Source: Chrysomallon squamiferum (lineage: Eukaryota; Animalia; Mollusca). From it: 64,000 nucleotides of DNA. Positions 36,770 through 64,000 of this stretch are shown here, one piece after another; within the stretch, counting starts at the first letter, position 1; the number at the start of each line of letters is the position of its first letter. The DNA lies in contig CM022672.1 of assembly GCA_012295275.1 (NCBI GenBank), positions 26,102,001 to 26,166,000 on the forward strand. The letters run 5' to 3'. The notes under the pieces were generated by a model, which was not told where the DNA came from, did no database searches, and saw only the letters and a program-made list of their open reading frames with translations. The position numbers and the translations under genes are program-made.

Positions 36770-39758
36770 CTAGCTTCTTAATGATTCTAATCTGGCTTTC
36801 ATGGACTCCATTTCTTCATCTGACTCCTCTGCAGGAGCTGATGTCGAAGCTGTTGCTCCTTCAAGTTCATGGACAGGCAATGAATCCTTAACAGCTGCCG
36901 GAGCAGTGCCAAGTACACCTACAAATATCAATTTAGTTTCAGTTTTAAATTAAATACACAGACTGAGCATTTTAATTTCAAACATTACTCATTTCCCCAT
37001 TAGAAAAACTGATATCAGTATACCTGTGTTTGTATGTCAAAAAAAAAAAAAATGTTTCTTACCTTCAGTGAGTTCAAATAAAACTTTGTCAATCTCTTCT
37101 TCTGCTTCATCGTCAAGTTCAGCATCATCCATTACAGATTCCATTGTATCATCCAGCATTTCTTCAATGATTCCAGCCTGGACAAATTTGCAAGGAATTA
37201 CTGTTACTTTATATGTTATTATGGAATACATATTGTGGAGAGGTTTCTGCAGTAAATAATAACATGCCTAAATAACATTACAGAAACATTGAATATAACA
37301 GTACACATTTCATGGTTCCTGTTTTTGAAACTTATCCTAATGATGGTAGGTAAAAATGTCAAAGAACAAAAATATTAATAATAAATTTTCTGAAGTTTAT
37401 TAATAAAAAAAATCAAATGAAACAAATATTAAAATTTACCTGTTATCCCATTTTCAAACGAAAATTAAATGCATTTGACTAACCCTCATCATTTCTTTCT
37501 GCATTTCTCTCATTGTAGCCTGCAGTTCTGGAACCTTCACAAGTTGCTGCATACTTTTCATAACATCCGTACTTTTCTGCAGTGATCCTGCCATTCTCAG
37601 TGTGGCTATCAAAACACAAATACTGTTTACATTTCACCTTATTAAATATTCTCATTTCAAAGCACAAAACCACTTAATAATTTAATTGTCTAGGAAGAAT
37701 GACTTTCACATTTATCAGTCATGGTGGCAACAAAATCATAAGCTACAGTGTGATACAAACTTGCTAGATCCATATGACCAGATAATCTACACTGAAAGTG
37801 AGTGTAAGCCTAGCCCAAGAAGCAACAGTTTACAGGATCAATCTGTCACATGTTAATCAGCTGACAATTGTGTCACTATTCAGGTCAATTCAAAGATATC
37901 TGAAGATTTTCGAATCAGTGATTTTATGATAGGGTCTTATGTTTATTCTTGTAACGTATGTATGTATGACTAAATGGTACTTTTTATCATAGTGGAGTGC
38001 TTGAAGATGGCCAATCTAAAGGAATATAAAGTTAAATTATTGTTAAATGAGTATATAGCCAGGTTCATTCCTACCTCATGGTTGGCAAAGATTAGTGAGA
38101 AAATAATTTAGACCGAATAATTTGGCTAACAACCAGCAACAACCCTCCAAATGTCTGTCTGAGCTGTTCTCTTTCAGAGGATACTTGGTCTACAATCCTC
38201 ATTGCTATACCAAGAGACTGCTTCCTTTTCATGATAGTACTCTCTGCCCAATTCAGAAAAGGATGTATGTGTATGGGAGCATGTGTGTGTTGTGTTATGT
38301 ATATATATTTTATCATATAATGAACGATAAGGACCATTTTCTTGCACATCATTTTATGATAAAGATTTACCTAGTTGGTTTTTCATTTGCATCTGTATGG
38401 AACTCAGCTGAGCTTTAGACACATAAAGTTTGTTCACAACTTTATTTGATTTGACAATTTCTTTGGCTAGTATAACACAAGCTTCTTTTTCACCCTTCTT
38501 TGCAGAATCTTTCAACATTCGTTTGGATTTTTCTTGCTCTCTCTGTATTGCTGTAAAATAGAGCAGACAGTCATAATACATTTATTCTGGGTTGGAATAG
38601 AAGTCTATACCAGTTTTTAAATGAAATTCAAAGGCAAATTTTGATATTTGTACACAGATTTATTCAACCACATTTGTGCTATTTTGTTCCACCACCTTTT
38701 GCAATTTTTAAAATTTTTATAACAAAGATTTATAATTCCATCCTCCCAGAACTTCATATCTTTCAGATGATGAACTTTTATTCAACTCACAAAGTATCAT
38801 TACCAGTATTTACGTTATTTGAACAGTCTTATAAAGTCTAAATATTTGGTTTGTACTTACCTTTAATTTGTCTGTCAAGTTTGTAGCCTTCTTTTCTAAT
38901 ACCATGAGTCCATTCTGTCACCTGCAATGATCAAATTATGTAATATGCTTATTTATTTTATTCTTTCATGACAACTAGAATCCTGAATAAAATATAAATT
39001 AGGGGGATAATTTATTGCTATATCAGTAATTTCCATATAAAATCTCAGAAACATAAGCATTATTAAATGATAAAAGTAATGTTTTTAAAATTAATTTACC
39101 ATCTCAGTTACACTTACAGTTAGAATATGACATTACATTTAACAATGCATTTATAAATGGGAAAGTGTTCATTAAAAATTAGGATCATTTCAGTTTTCAC
39201 GATTGCTTGTAATATTTTCAGTATTTTTTATTTTTTTATTTTTTTATTTACTTATTTTTAGATAGTGGTATTGGCTAATAACAGTCGAAATACTTTAATA
39301 CTGGTATTATTTATTTTCTGGCCTTAAGCAAGTACACGCAATACTAATCATCAAGCTAAACTAAACTTCTTAAGTGAATCATATATCACTGAATGAATTC
39401 GAATTCGATATTTATACAATAAATTGAATAATTAATATTTCGATAAATGGTTGAAATGTTGATGAATAAAAATTTAACGTAATTGTTTCCCTTTCAGAAT
39501 TATCTAGAAATAGTTATTGGAAAATGCATTTTAAATATTAAACTTTAAGAAGGTTCATAGTTTAAACTTTTGAATTAGAAAGATCAAACTTCTATAAAAT
39601 CGGAAACGGGTGACGTTCGAATTTAGGACAGGATGTTGTTGATTATTAAGTGTATAGAACACAATTGTCTTAATTCCATAATCTCATATTATAGTTCTGG
39701 AATTTTATCATACCATATCTTTTGGTGATCTTTCTTGAGTTTTACCAAAAAGCCCCAT
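36770..39758 (-). CDS. CHMP3: Charged multivesicular body protein 3 (ESCRT-III, VPS24), six coding exons
   Basis: MGLFGKTQERSPKDM|VTEWTHGIRKEGYKLDRQIK|AIQREQEKSKRMLKDSAKKG...ACVILAKE...|...AGSLQKSTDVMKSMQQLVKVPELQATMREMQKEMMR|AGIIEEMLDDTME...EEEIDKVLFELT|...MESMKARLESLRS*. Confidence 0.95.
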
Positions 39759-39759
39759 T

Positions 39760-40569
39760 TTAAGAAAGTCTGACAAGCAATAACAAATTTTCACATGACA
39801 CACAAAAGTATAACATCAAAACTTCCGCATTCTGCATTTCCTGCTTTTCGTTTTTATTAAAGCCAACCCATCAAAAGGTTGTGCACCACCGTAAATTAAA
39901 TAATATGTATCAGGGATGAACGTAGAAAGACCACATGTTACATTGTATGTCTTTATTGTGACGCAAACATTGAAGTTTAGCTTGAGAATCCTCTGTCGAG
40001 GAAAAGCTCAGATGGACACTTGGATGGATTTCGCTGTTTGTCCATCCAAATCTACGGATGAGCTGTTAAGCGTCAGAGGATAGTCAGACTATTTAAGGTT
40101 AAGACAGTAATGCAGTGATTTGGTTATAAAATAGTTAAGCATACTGGAAAGTGTTTCTTTTAGTAATTTATTACTTTTCTCTTATTTATTTATTTATTTA
40201 TTATTGTTGTTGTTATTATTTACTGTATATTCTCCAATTTGTAGAATAAACTACATTCAAATCAAACTACCAGTTTGGAACATTAGTGACTAGGATGCTG
40301 GTAAACATAATAAGTTATGCTTAACAACAACAGCAAAATCGAAAATGCTTATTTCAAAATTTTAAAGTTGAAAAAGGATATTTCATACACTCCACAATCA
40401 ATAAAAATCAATATCTCTTCGATTACGATTGAAATTGTTTTTGTATCACTGTATCATTTTAAAAATAAATAAATAAATAAATAAATTTCAGTCTTTTCGA
40501 CTTCATTTCCGTTTTTTGACATACCCGGAATATCATTCACCGACCAGCTACCTTGACCTTCGAATAGCC
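39760..40569. promoter_or_regulatory. Divergent promoter region between CHMP3 and GOT1
   Basis: Only about 810 bp separates the two ATGs. ETS-like TTCCG/CCGGAA cores lie near each start (39821-39828, 40507-40530). Confidence 0.55.
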
Positions 40570-45573
<5,004 letters not shown>

Positions 45574-48500
45574 TGTGATACTGGATTAACATCTTGGATG
45601 ATTGACATTTGTTTGTCCATTTAGATATACCGCAAGACTTCCAAATACACTTTTATTTTAAATCTAGGACAGTATACTTAATTATATTGTACTTGTGAAC
45701 AAGTTGTTGTCTTTAAAACAGCAATGATAGGTTTTCTTTACCACTTAGGGTTTTTTGCATTTTAAATGAGTAATTTAGGGAAAATATTTAATTAGTCATA
45801 AATGATTTTTTTTCCCTCCATCATTTTTTATTTCTAATAAGATATCTGGTGGAACAGTATCATTTAATCAACAGTTGGACAGTTATTTATCTGGTAAATC
45901 AAACAACAAAACCACTGTCATATCTATCAACCACATCTCCATAGATATTTATAAATATGTTTATTTTAATAAGATATATAAGTATTATAGTTACAGTTAC
46001 AAGTTGTTTTCTGTTTTATTTCAGTTAGCATGCAACAATCCACGCGAACAAGAAAAGCACATATCTGGGTCTTGTGTCATAAATTTGTTTTCAAAATACT
46101 GAAATTTTTAAAAGTATTAAATTTACTTACAATGAGATCTGAATAATGTCGGATCATTATTAAGAATGGTTTACATATACATTTGTATAATTAATAGTTA
46201 ATGATGATATACATATTTTTTGTTGATGATAGCAAAGATCAATGTTTTAACTTATTTTTATTTTAAATTAATCTTGTATAATATATAGATTTGAAATGTC
46301 ACTGGTGTACAAATATTAGAACAAACGTGAACAAATAAACCTTTCAGAGATTTTCTAATCAATTATGTGACTTGTATTAATCAAGAATTAATGTATTTGT
46401 AATTTAAAACAGATGTTTATCAAGATTTCTAAAGCAGTCCAGATTTTAGTCTGATTTGATTCCATTTTATTGGGATTTACATAAATTAATTTGATAATAG
46501 TTAAATTATTCATTTTTGATGATAAAAAGTAATTTTTGTGTTTATAATATCACATCAAATCTGTTTTATTGAAATTTAATTAACATTTTAAAATAATTTG
46601 AGGAAAATAACAACAATGAAGCTGTTACAAATTCCAAATTAATTTGTACAGAGCAAATACTGGTTGATAATAGTGAGAATGCATTTATGACTATGCAGTT
46701 TATATGTTTGTCTTTCATTTTAAATATAAATGTATTATAAAGATGTAGATATCCTCTAGTCTTTTTCATTTAACTTTATAAAATAACAAAGTTATATATT
46801 CATTATAAATAAAAAAACAAAGTTATATATTATATAGAACTTAAATTTATTTAAATATTACACAGATAACAAACAGAAGTTGTGATAATCTTCTTGCCAC
46901 AATTTACCAGATCTAATGCTCTACAATTTACTATTTATTAATGTTGATAGTTAATACATTTTACAGGATATTTTAACAATAATATAAGTATACACAATTA
47001 TCTATTGGTTTTCTTCAGATACTTGTTTCAAAATGTTCTAAAATTTTGTTTATTAAAAAAAATATGTATGCATTTTGTTTTTACTAATTATTTATTTTAA
47101 TTTACTATTGCTTTTAATATTTATTCAACTTTATCTAATGCTTAACATTTTAAAGCATAATTTTGTTTTCATTTAAAACCACTGTTCCAGCTTTTCATGA
47201 TCATGTTTCTAAATGTTTTTGTGTTTGTGTGAAACCTTTTAGTTGCAAACATCACCTGTTACAAACAAGTATTTATACTTTTTGCTTGTAGAAAATAAAT
47301 TATTGTACTGTTCATGTCTTGTTTCAGTGTTTTGTGCTACTACAATGAAAACATTTTAATATTAACATTTATTAGATATCAAAACATATTTATTTATAAT
47401 GGTGAGTTAGGACACTTTCTGATGTGCTTTTTGTCAACCATTTCTCATGACAGAGATCACTGATCATAATTGGAAATGTCATATGGTGCACTTGAATACA
47501 GATAGCCCGTCATTTTATTTAATTTTCTTTGTGTGTGTGTGTGTGAACAAAATAAAATTGAATACATTTTCCATTTCCATGTTTATTTACAATTCTGAAT
47601 GTTATCTACAAATATACAAACTAAATTGTAATTTCAAACTCAGGCTAAATAAGCTCCATTTTAGACACAATCATTCTTTCATTCTTGTTTATGAAGAAAA
47701 AATTAAATATGTATATTTCAGTTTGTAATGTACCTATCCTAGTAGGAAAAATAAACATTGAAAGAGATCTATGATTACAGAGGTGTATATAATGTATCTC
47801 TGTATATACAACTGTATACTGAGGCATATAATCTAAATGTATAAAGGGCAGTACAAACACATTCAAAGGCTTTTAGAATTAAAAAGAAAATCACTTTTCT
47901 ATAATTTAATTCAAATTTGGCCTTTTAAACCAGCATCCTGGCTGTAAAGGTTATATATTTATATAAAACTGATTAAAGAACAGAAAGACTTTTTTTTTTT
48001 CTTTTTGCACTTGTTTTTAATAAAACAAAGACAATATGGTTACCACAATATGTTTCTACCAAGATATGTTATTGTTAATTAACACATTAAAATAAATAGC
48101 ATTTATATTTTTCTGTTTTCTTAAATATGAACTTTATAGATGATAATTAAAAAATATACATATATATTGATAAGCTAAAGTTATCTTGTGTATAGTTTTA
48201 CTTCAAAAAAGTACTAAAAAGAACTGTTATTTCATCTGAACAGTTTAAAATATTGTCAGTATCATTAATGAGGCTTTAAAAATGTTTTCTTGTGCAACAC
48301 TTACAATAATCATTTTACTGAATATTTTTACAAATGTTTTTGTAATTAATATTGGTCTAATTTTTTTTTTTTTTTTTTTACAAATCCTTAATTAACAATG
48401 GTATTGTATGGGTTTTGGTAAAATAATTATGCTGGTTTTAATTTTATAATTTTGAAAATTTTTAATTCTGCATAGAACAGCACATGAATTGATTTTAGTT

Positions 48501-50197
48501 AATCAATATACTAATATACACATGCAAATAATAATCTTTCTCAAACATACATACATCCAAATATTCAAACATATACACCCAACAAGTGGCACAAAGGAAA
48601 TTGTTTACCAAAAACTACTGGTTTATCATTGCAAGCATATTAAGAGACTAACTATAAAAGACTTGTGTGTTAAATATTTTGATATAAAGAAAGTATGGCT
48701 GTGTAGTTTCTCATTCAACCATTGTTATAGTTCTTCATGTCAGATGTCAAAATATACTGTTTATCTAACTGCCCAACTACACATGGACTTTCTTAATATT
48801 TAAATACTGTCATTATTATCGTTTTCATTATTAACAATACATTTTTATAATTTTGTATCCAAAACATGCAACACTAACATCTGGTATTTAAATAGTCTTT
48901 ACTAATCTAATTAATTTCAAATAAAAAGTCAACAATTCTGTATTTTTCGTATGTGATATAGGAGTATTTTAATTTACCCGTAATAATGGCAGCAATGAGG
49001 AACACAAAAAGGTGCCACCCAGACTGCTGTGTTGTCACCGGGATTTGTAGTGCTTCACATGCACTTGCAGTGTTTTACTTTTGTGCTTGATAACAAAAAA
49101 AACAAAAAAAAAGTACAAATATCACCATGCCAGATATTGCAATACATAGAAATGTCATCAGTCAAGTTATCAAATTTTAGAAAATATTACCAAAAGCTTC
49201 TGGGATTATAATATACAAGTAAAATACATGGTTTTCAAAAAGTTATAAAATAATTAGTTTAAATGTCACCTCTATAAAAAGTTTAAAAAAAGAAAAAAAA
49301 AAGAAACAATGTTCACATTATAAATTTCGTGAGAAAATATTAAATTATGCATATCCTTTTTTATTTTAATTTAATTTCTAAACTTTTTGTTTTTATCAAA
49401 TACAATTTGAATTGTACAATAATGGCAAAGAAAATAAATTTAAAATATGTATAATGCAACATACTAAATATTCTTTTAAATAATAAATATGTATTTATAT
49501 ATATGTAATGAATAATTTTAAATATTCTTTCTTTAATGTTTTCTCATTTTTAATTTTTAAATCCATAAAGAAATTCAGTCTAAAATGTTAAGTATAATTT
49601 ATTCCCCCTTAACAAAAGCTAAAACGAATTCGATGCAATTACAATACCAATAATCTTCATTGGTTCACTTGCTGTGAAAAAGAAAACAGTTTTGATTTTA
49701 TATAAAAAACAAACATTCAAAATGTTATATTATCAGAATGTACTCATGGCAATGCAAATCAACAGTTTAATAATACATTTGATACTTTCAGGTATCTTGG
49801 GAATTAATGTCATTTCTATGGATCAATCTTGTCTATCAGTCTTGTACCAAAATTTAATATAAGCAAAGAATTAACTCATTCAGACAGGTTTATTTTCATT
49901 AACAATGACCAAATCACTTGAGAAAATACTACATCTATCACACTAATATTTAAAAAAAAAAGGTTTATGCATGAATTAATATCACAAGTATACAATGAAA
50001 AGCGGACATAAGGGCAGTATCAATATTTCTTTACTTTTCATTACATTACTGTTACATTTAATTGTTAAAGGATGTATGGTTTCTTAAATAACATAAAATG
50101 TATTAAGCAAGTTAGTTCACATTGCTAGTGTACTTTAACCAGTGTAGAGACAGAAAAGGGAGATAATTTGGAATAAATAAATAGTAATTTGGTTTTG

Positions 50198-58575
<8,378 letters not shown>

Positions 58576-58770
58576 TTGTAAATGCAGGTTAAATTCATTT
58601 CATGCTAACAAAATTCATTGATGAAAAAATCATGATTTCAGCCGGCAACAACTCGTGCATTTCCTACCGCAGCCATGTTGTGATTCCTGAAGGACGAAAT
58701 GTTGCATTTTGGGATATCAGGCGACCGAGCAAAAACAACATTCATGTTGGATGGGGGCAGGTGCTTCGTA
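58576..58770. promoter_or_regulatory. Candidate bidirectional promoter for LETM1 and the amine oxidase
   Basis: CpG-rich patch directly upstream of the LETM1 ATG. A possible + strand donor (CAG|GTGCTT, ~58760) could end a non-coding first exon of the oxidase, whose ATG exon is preceded by an acceptor at 59593-59595. Confidence 0.5.
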
Positions 58771-59596
58771 CCTGGATTGTATGTGACACAGATTTTGTCT
58801 TTACACTTAGACTTTTAAATAAATAATTAATTTTGAATTATGTTGTCATCGATTGATATTAACAATTAGTATTCACGATAGATAGATAGATAGATATAGA
58901 TAAAAATAATAAATAAAATATTTTTAAAACAATAAATAATTATAATATATTAATAATAATCCCAAAAGCGCTTTACACATAGAGTAATTATTATCAGTAT
59001 TTTAGTCTTTTGAAAAGATTTCTATTTTGATGTTAATAATCAGAATTAATGTGATACATTGTATTGCATATATAATTTCTTAATACATTATACACTTTAT
59101 ATAGACACATTGACTTATTTATTTAAAGTGAATTAAAAAGGAAAATATTTGTGACCTATATTATATATGAATTAAAAATTAGAAACTGGCAAGCATGTGA
59201 ATGGGAAAAAAAACTGAAAATTTGGAATGAAATCTATTAGCTAAAATAATATAAAATGCAAGAAATTGTTAAGTTTGACAAAATAGCATAAATGCATTGT
59301 GTGAGCAAATATTCAAACTTCTTTCTATTACTATATTAGTTGTATATGAATTTCCATTCAATTCATACATAGAAACTCAGGCTACAACCATGAACAGAAA
59401 GTAAAAATGTATGTGTGTGCGTGCATATATAGATATGCAAAGTACAATAACACACACACAAACATACATACTTTTAGAGACTAAGAACCATAATTACTGA
59501 AACTGTATAAGGTTTAGAAAACTAATACTGAAATAGTATGTTAATCTCTCTGTGCACTATCTTTAGATATATAAAAATAAATTCTGGTATTTCAGT

Positions 59597-62500
59597 ATGC
59601 GAAAAGAAAACCACTTGAACATGTCAACACAAGTTGTAGTAGTTGGTGCAGGAATCAGTGGTGAGTGTATAAATATTTCTTTCACATCCAGGATTTTTGA
59701 TTGTCAGAGGCAAGATGATCAAAAAAATTATATGTAGAGCACTATCAGTGCAGTCAACTGCTGCAACCACTGGGAGGGAAAACTGTCAGTTAAATGTAAC
59801 AGATATAAAATTTAGTGTCTTATAAATAATATTTGACTGATTCATCTATCTCTTACAAAGTCATAAATCATTTTAATTTTAAAAATATTTTTCTAGGTTT
59901 GTGTGCTGCACGTCTGCTACAACAGGCTGGTATTGATGTCATTGTTCTTGAGGCTCAAAATCATGTTGGAGGCCGCTCTCAGACAACACAGGTTACATCT
60001 TACCTGAAACTTCATTTAAAACTACATAAAAATAACAGTGCATTGTATTTTATAACCCATTTAGTACAATAATAGAATAATGATTATGTTTTTGTTTCTT
60101 ACACAATTGTGTAACAGTTTAAATACTTGAAATAATCTTATATAATATTTGTAAAAAAAAAAAAAAAAAAAAGGCTAATAAATCACTTTATTATATGTAT
60201 GAAATAGATGCTGAAGTTCATAAAAAATTTAAATGTTTTGTATGCCATGTTTTGTTGTAATAACTGTATCAAAACTGAATATTAGATTTACAAGAATGAA
60301 CTCATTAACTGTGTTCAGGACCCCATCCATGGATCAGTGGACTTAGGTGCTGCTTATGTTGGTCCTACACAAAACCGTGTCTTCAGACTTATCAAAGAAC
60401 TAGGACTTGAGCTGTACAGGGTCAGTGAGAATGGGAAAACTGTTCTGAGTTTACAGGTATAGACTTAAGATTTTTGATATCATTACTGAGATAAAATATA
60501 ATAATTTTCAAATACAAGCAAAACCAGATATGTTAACTGGGTATTTATGTACCAATGGAAAATTTACTGTCAGTATAAACCAATTCATATTATACAAATA
60601 TTTGTTTCATTAATTGTACTGAATAACCACTTTTTGTTTTAGTATACATTTGGTAGTTACTTATTTGAAATGAGAATAATATACTGTTTTCTGTACACAA
60701 CAACTTGGCTTATATTGCTAATAATAAAATTCACTTTTTAATTAAAAAAAATTAGATTTAAATATGTACTAGTTAGAATTTCATTACAGAGTATATGGTG
60801 CACATACACAGGAACTGTTCCACCTTTGAAAAATCCAATTGCACTTTTAGATCTTAATCATTTGTTGCGAACTGTAGACACAATGGCTCTAGAGGTAATC
60901 ATGAAATAATACATACATATGTATTTATATCTGTTTGAGAATGTGTGTGTTTGTCTGCGCAGATCAAATGTATCAGTTGTTTAAATAACCTTTCTGATTT
61001 TTTCACTGAAAGTTTTAATTAATTCTTTTTTTAATTTAATTTTAATTTTTTTTTTTTTTTTTTTTTTGGATATACATTGGTTCATTTTAGGTAATTGTGA
61101 GGTAATTTATTACTATGTAAATGTATTTTATTTACCATATTGTTATACCATAATTCAAAAATGCTAATATTAGTTTTCTATTTTTTTTTTTATATATTTC
61201 AAATAACAAATTTATGCAGTATCCTTATTTATTTTAGCATTACCTTTATTGATTTTATATGTATATATATTTTAATTTTTTTTTTCTCAACTTATTAATT
61301 TTTTAATTTATTATTGATACAGGTTCCACTGGATTCTCCTTGGAATGCGAAACATGCTACCAAATGGGACAGTTTGACACTAAAACAGTTTGTTGATTCA
61401 ATTGCTTGGACTAAGTGAGTTTTGTTACATTTTCTGATAACTTGATAATTTATATACTGGATTCCTGACACCAAGGAATCTCACAAAAAATTCATTTCTG
61501 GCATTCTTCAAACTATCATGTAAAACTAAAACTAGAATTTGAAATGTAACATGATTCTAAATTTTTTATTTTTTGTTTGTTAAATTCATGAACATAATTA
61601 TTTAGAAAATGTTGTGCAATTTCAAGTTTTTTGAAATAGCAAACAATCATAGATTTGAATGAAATGGTTGATTTATTTACAGAATTATATAATAAATTTA
61701 GGTAGGGTGCTACTAGAGATTCTAATAAAAAAAAAAAAAAAAAAAAATGCTTTTCAAATATTTTACTTAATAAATTAACAAATTATAAATGGATATAATA
61801 TTTTTGTGTTACACAAAAGAGTTGCCTTTCTTTTATTTTCATTTTTATGCTTTGCGTCAGAATCCCAAATGAAGATGTATCATTGTGATTGGATTTTGTT
61901 TTGTTTGCTGTGTTCTATTTAATGGTTTTCTTCACAGAGCAGCAGTGGATATATTTACAATTCTAGTCCGCTCAGTTCTGACTACAGAACTAAACCAGGT
62001 GTCGCTGTTGTTCTTCCTGTGGTTTGTGCATTCTGGGAATGGTCTTGTCAGACTCGGTTCTGTTACTGATGGTGCTCAGGTCTCTGATTAAAAAAGTTTA
62101 TACTATTTTATCAAGAACCATTATTAAATTTTTGAACATAATATTTTCCATAAAATCAGTAGTAGATTACTAAATAAATTGAAATAGTTTCATAAGTTTA
62201 TTATAATGACATGTGCTGCACCATAGATTTAATCTATCAAGCAAATGGTTTAAATGATTGTCTATAAAATGTTTATATCTTGTTGTACACATCATTTTAT
62301 TGTTCTTCCACCTGCAATTCTGTTAAAGATTCTTTAATTAATTTTTGTGGGTTTTTATTTAATATTAGCATGATTTAACATTTTTAATTTATTATATCTA
62401 TATCTGCTTTTCAAAGGCTGATACAACTTCAGTGAATATTGCAGGAGAAGAAGCTACATGGAGGTACCCAGCAGATATCAGAAAGACTGGCAAATATGAT

Positions 62501-63925
62501 GGGAGATTCTGTCCATCTTGACTGTCCTGTGGAGAGAATTGATATGCAAGACAATAATATTATTGTTATAAACAGCAAGAAAAAGGGGTACAAGGTGATC
62601 ATAAATTTTAATTTAGATTTTGTTATTCAATTTAATACCAGTATTTGATTACAAAATTGCTGCATATTCAGCCATCATAGATGAATGTTCACAGTTGTTT
62701 TTTATATTGAAGTATGACAAGAATAATTAGCAAAAAGTCCAGGAAGTAACATTTATATATATATATATATATGTGCATGGATAATGATGTGACTTTCATA
62801 AAAATCTAAAACTGAAATCTAATAGATTAATAGATATAGCAGCTTTGAAGATGATTAAATACACTAAGTACATTGAAGGTAAACAAGAGTAAGTAAATTA
62901 TTTGATGCTACCACATACCTGTTCATTCTATTTATATTTCTGTGTAAGATCTTACTTCATGTGTACATGACAAAGAAGGGAAAATGGCAGCATGTTGTTT
63001 TAAGTTATATAATTGCTTTAATGTATTCTAAGCAAATACAGGCCACTAGGATGAATAATAGTGTGTCTTGGAAGTATATTAACACTAGGAAAGCTATGTA
63101 TTGACTCACCATATACATATATATACATTTAATATACATTTAATATATAAGCAAACTTGTCAATTTTATCAACTAACCATGGTTGTCTTATATATATTTC
63201 AGTGTCAGTATGTGATCTTAGCTGTCCCTCCAGTTGTATTAAAAACAATAAACTTCACACCTCCATTACCAAAACACAAACTGGAACTTTCTCATTCTGT
63301 TTCCAAAGGTGCAACATTCAAAGTAAATGTGTTTTATGAGACTGCATTCTGGAAAGATATGGGTAAATATAAATAGATACATAATTTTTTTAATTATATT
63401 TTGTATTTTTTATATATATATATGGAATGAATATTCACACTTGCCTATACACCTTTTATCAGGTACTTCACAATGATATTATATATTTCAATTTTCACTT
63501 TGTACAACAACTAAACATTATATTATAGTTCTGAGAATTTATTTCTTCTTAGAGATTATGTACAGTATGAGTTATATAAATTGTAATTGATGGTATAAAT
63601 ATACAAATAACCATAATAAATTTATATTAAATTTATTTTTGATTCTGAAAATAGTATCCTTCGAGCAGAACAATTTTCTCACTTATTAATTTTTCTTTTC
63701 ACTTCCTTCCTCCCTCTCTGTCTCATATTTTATTTTATTTTATCATTTTTTTTCAAATTTAATAATATAGATTATTTCAGGTTTATGTGGACAAGCTATC
63801 TCAGACAGTGGTCCATCAGGTTACTGTGTAGATGACACTAAACCAGATGGTTCTCATCCAGCACTAATGGCTTTCTTTGTGGCTGATAAAGGGCAACAGA
63901 TGCATTCACTTTCACAGGAGGAAAG
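59597..63925 (+). CDS. Flavin-containing monoamine oxidase (MAO-like), 5' part; the gene continues past the window end
   Basis: FAD-binding [10 protein letters not shown]|LCAARLL...[43 protein letters not shown]|[21 protein letters not shown], conserved Lys in [28 protein letters not shown]. Nine exons are visible and no stop is reached. Confidence 0.92.
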
Positions 63926-64000
63926 GTAAACAGAAGGAATAATTAAATAATGGCCACAGTAACAAGAATTAATACATATGTATTTTATTAACATTAGCAA

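Noticed and set aside
61219-61228. GTATCCTT motifs inside MAO introns (also near 63654)
   Set aside because: They are not at exon boundaries, and the flanking exons use ordinary U2 donors in frame.

Overview
A very AT-rich, intron-dense eukaryotic (animal) window; the gene and repeat style suggests a mollusc, which is inference. Seven spliced protein-coding genes can be traced by hand: ATP5MK/USMG5 (-, 57 aa, absent from the ORF track), RRP5/PDCD11 (-, ~23.5 kb), an ankyrin-repeat/SOCS-box gene (+), CHMP3/VPS24 (-), cytosolic aspartate aminotransferase GOT1 (+), LETM1 (-) and a flavin monoamine oxidase (+, cut off by the window end). Six of them form three head-to-head pairs. The strongest observation is an apparent old internal duplication of a multi-exon S1-domain module in RRP5. 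Both copies have matching exon sizes (75/75 and 96/96 nt), and each carries a U12-type (minor spliceosome) intron at the same position. Other observations are ATP5MK-PDCD11 adjacency shared with human 10q24, a 9-nt microexon candidate in LETM1, a MITE-like foldback in GOT1 intron 1, a long hairpin in the CHMP3/GOT1 promoter region, and tandem duplications of splice sites with a disabled copy. No prokaryotic-type system (CRISPR, operon, autonomous transposase) is visible. All coordinates and splice junctions were read by eye and need RNA-seq confirmation.
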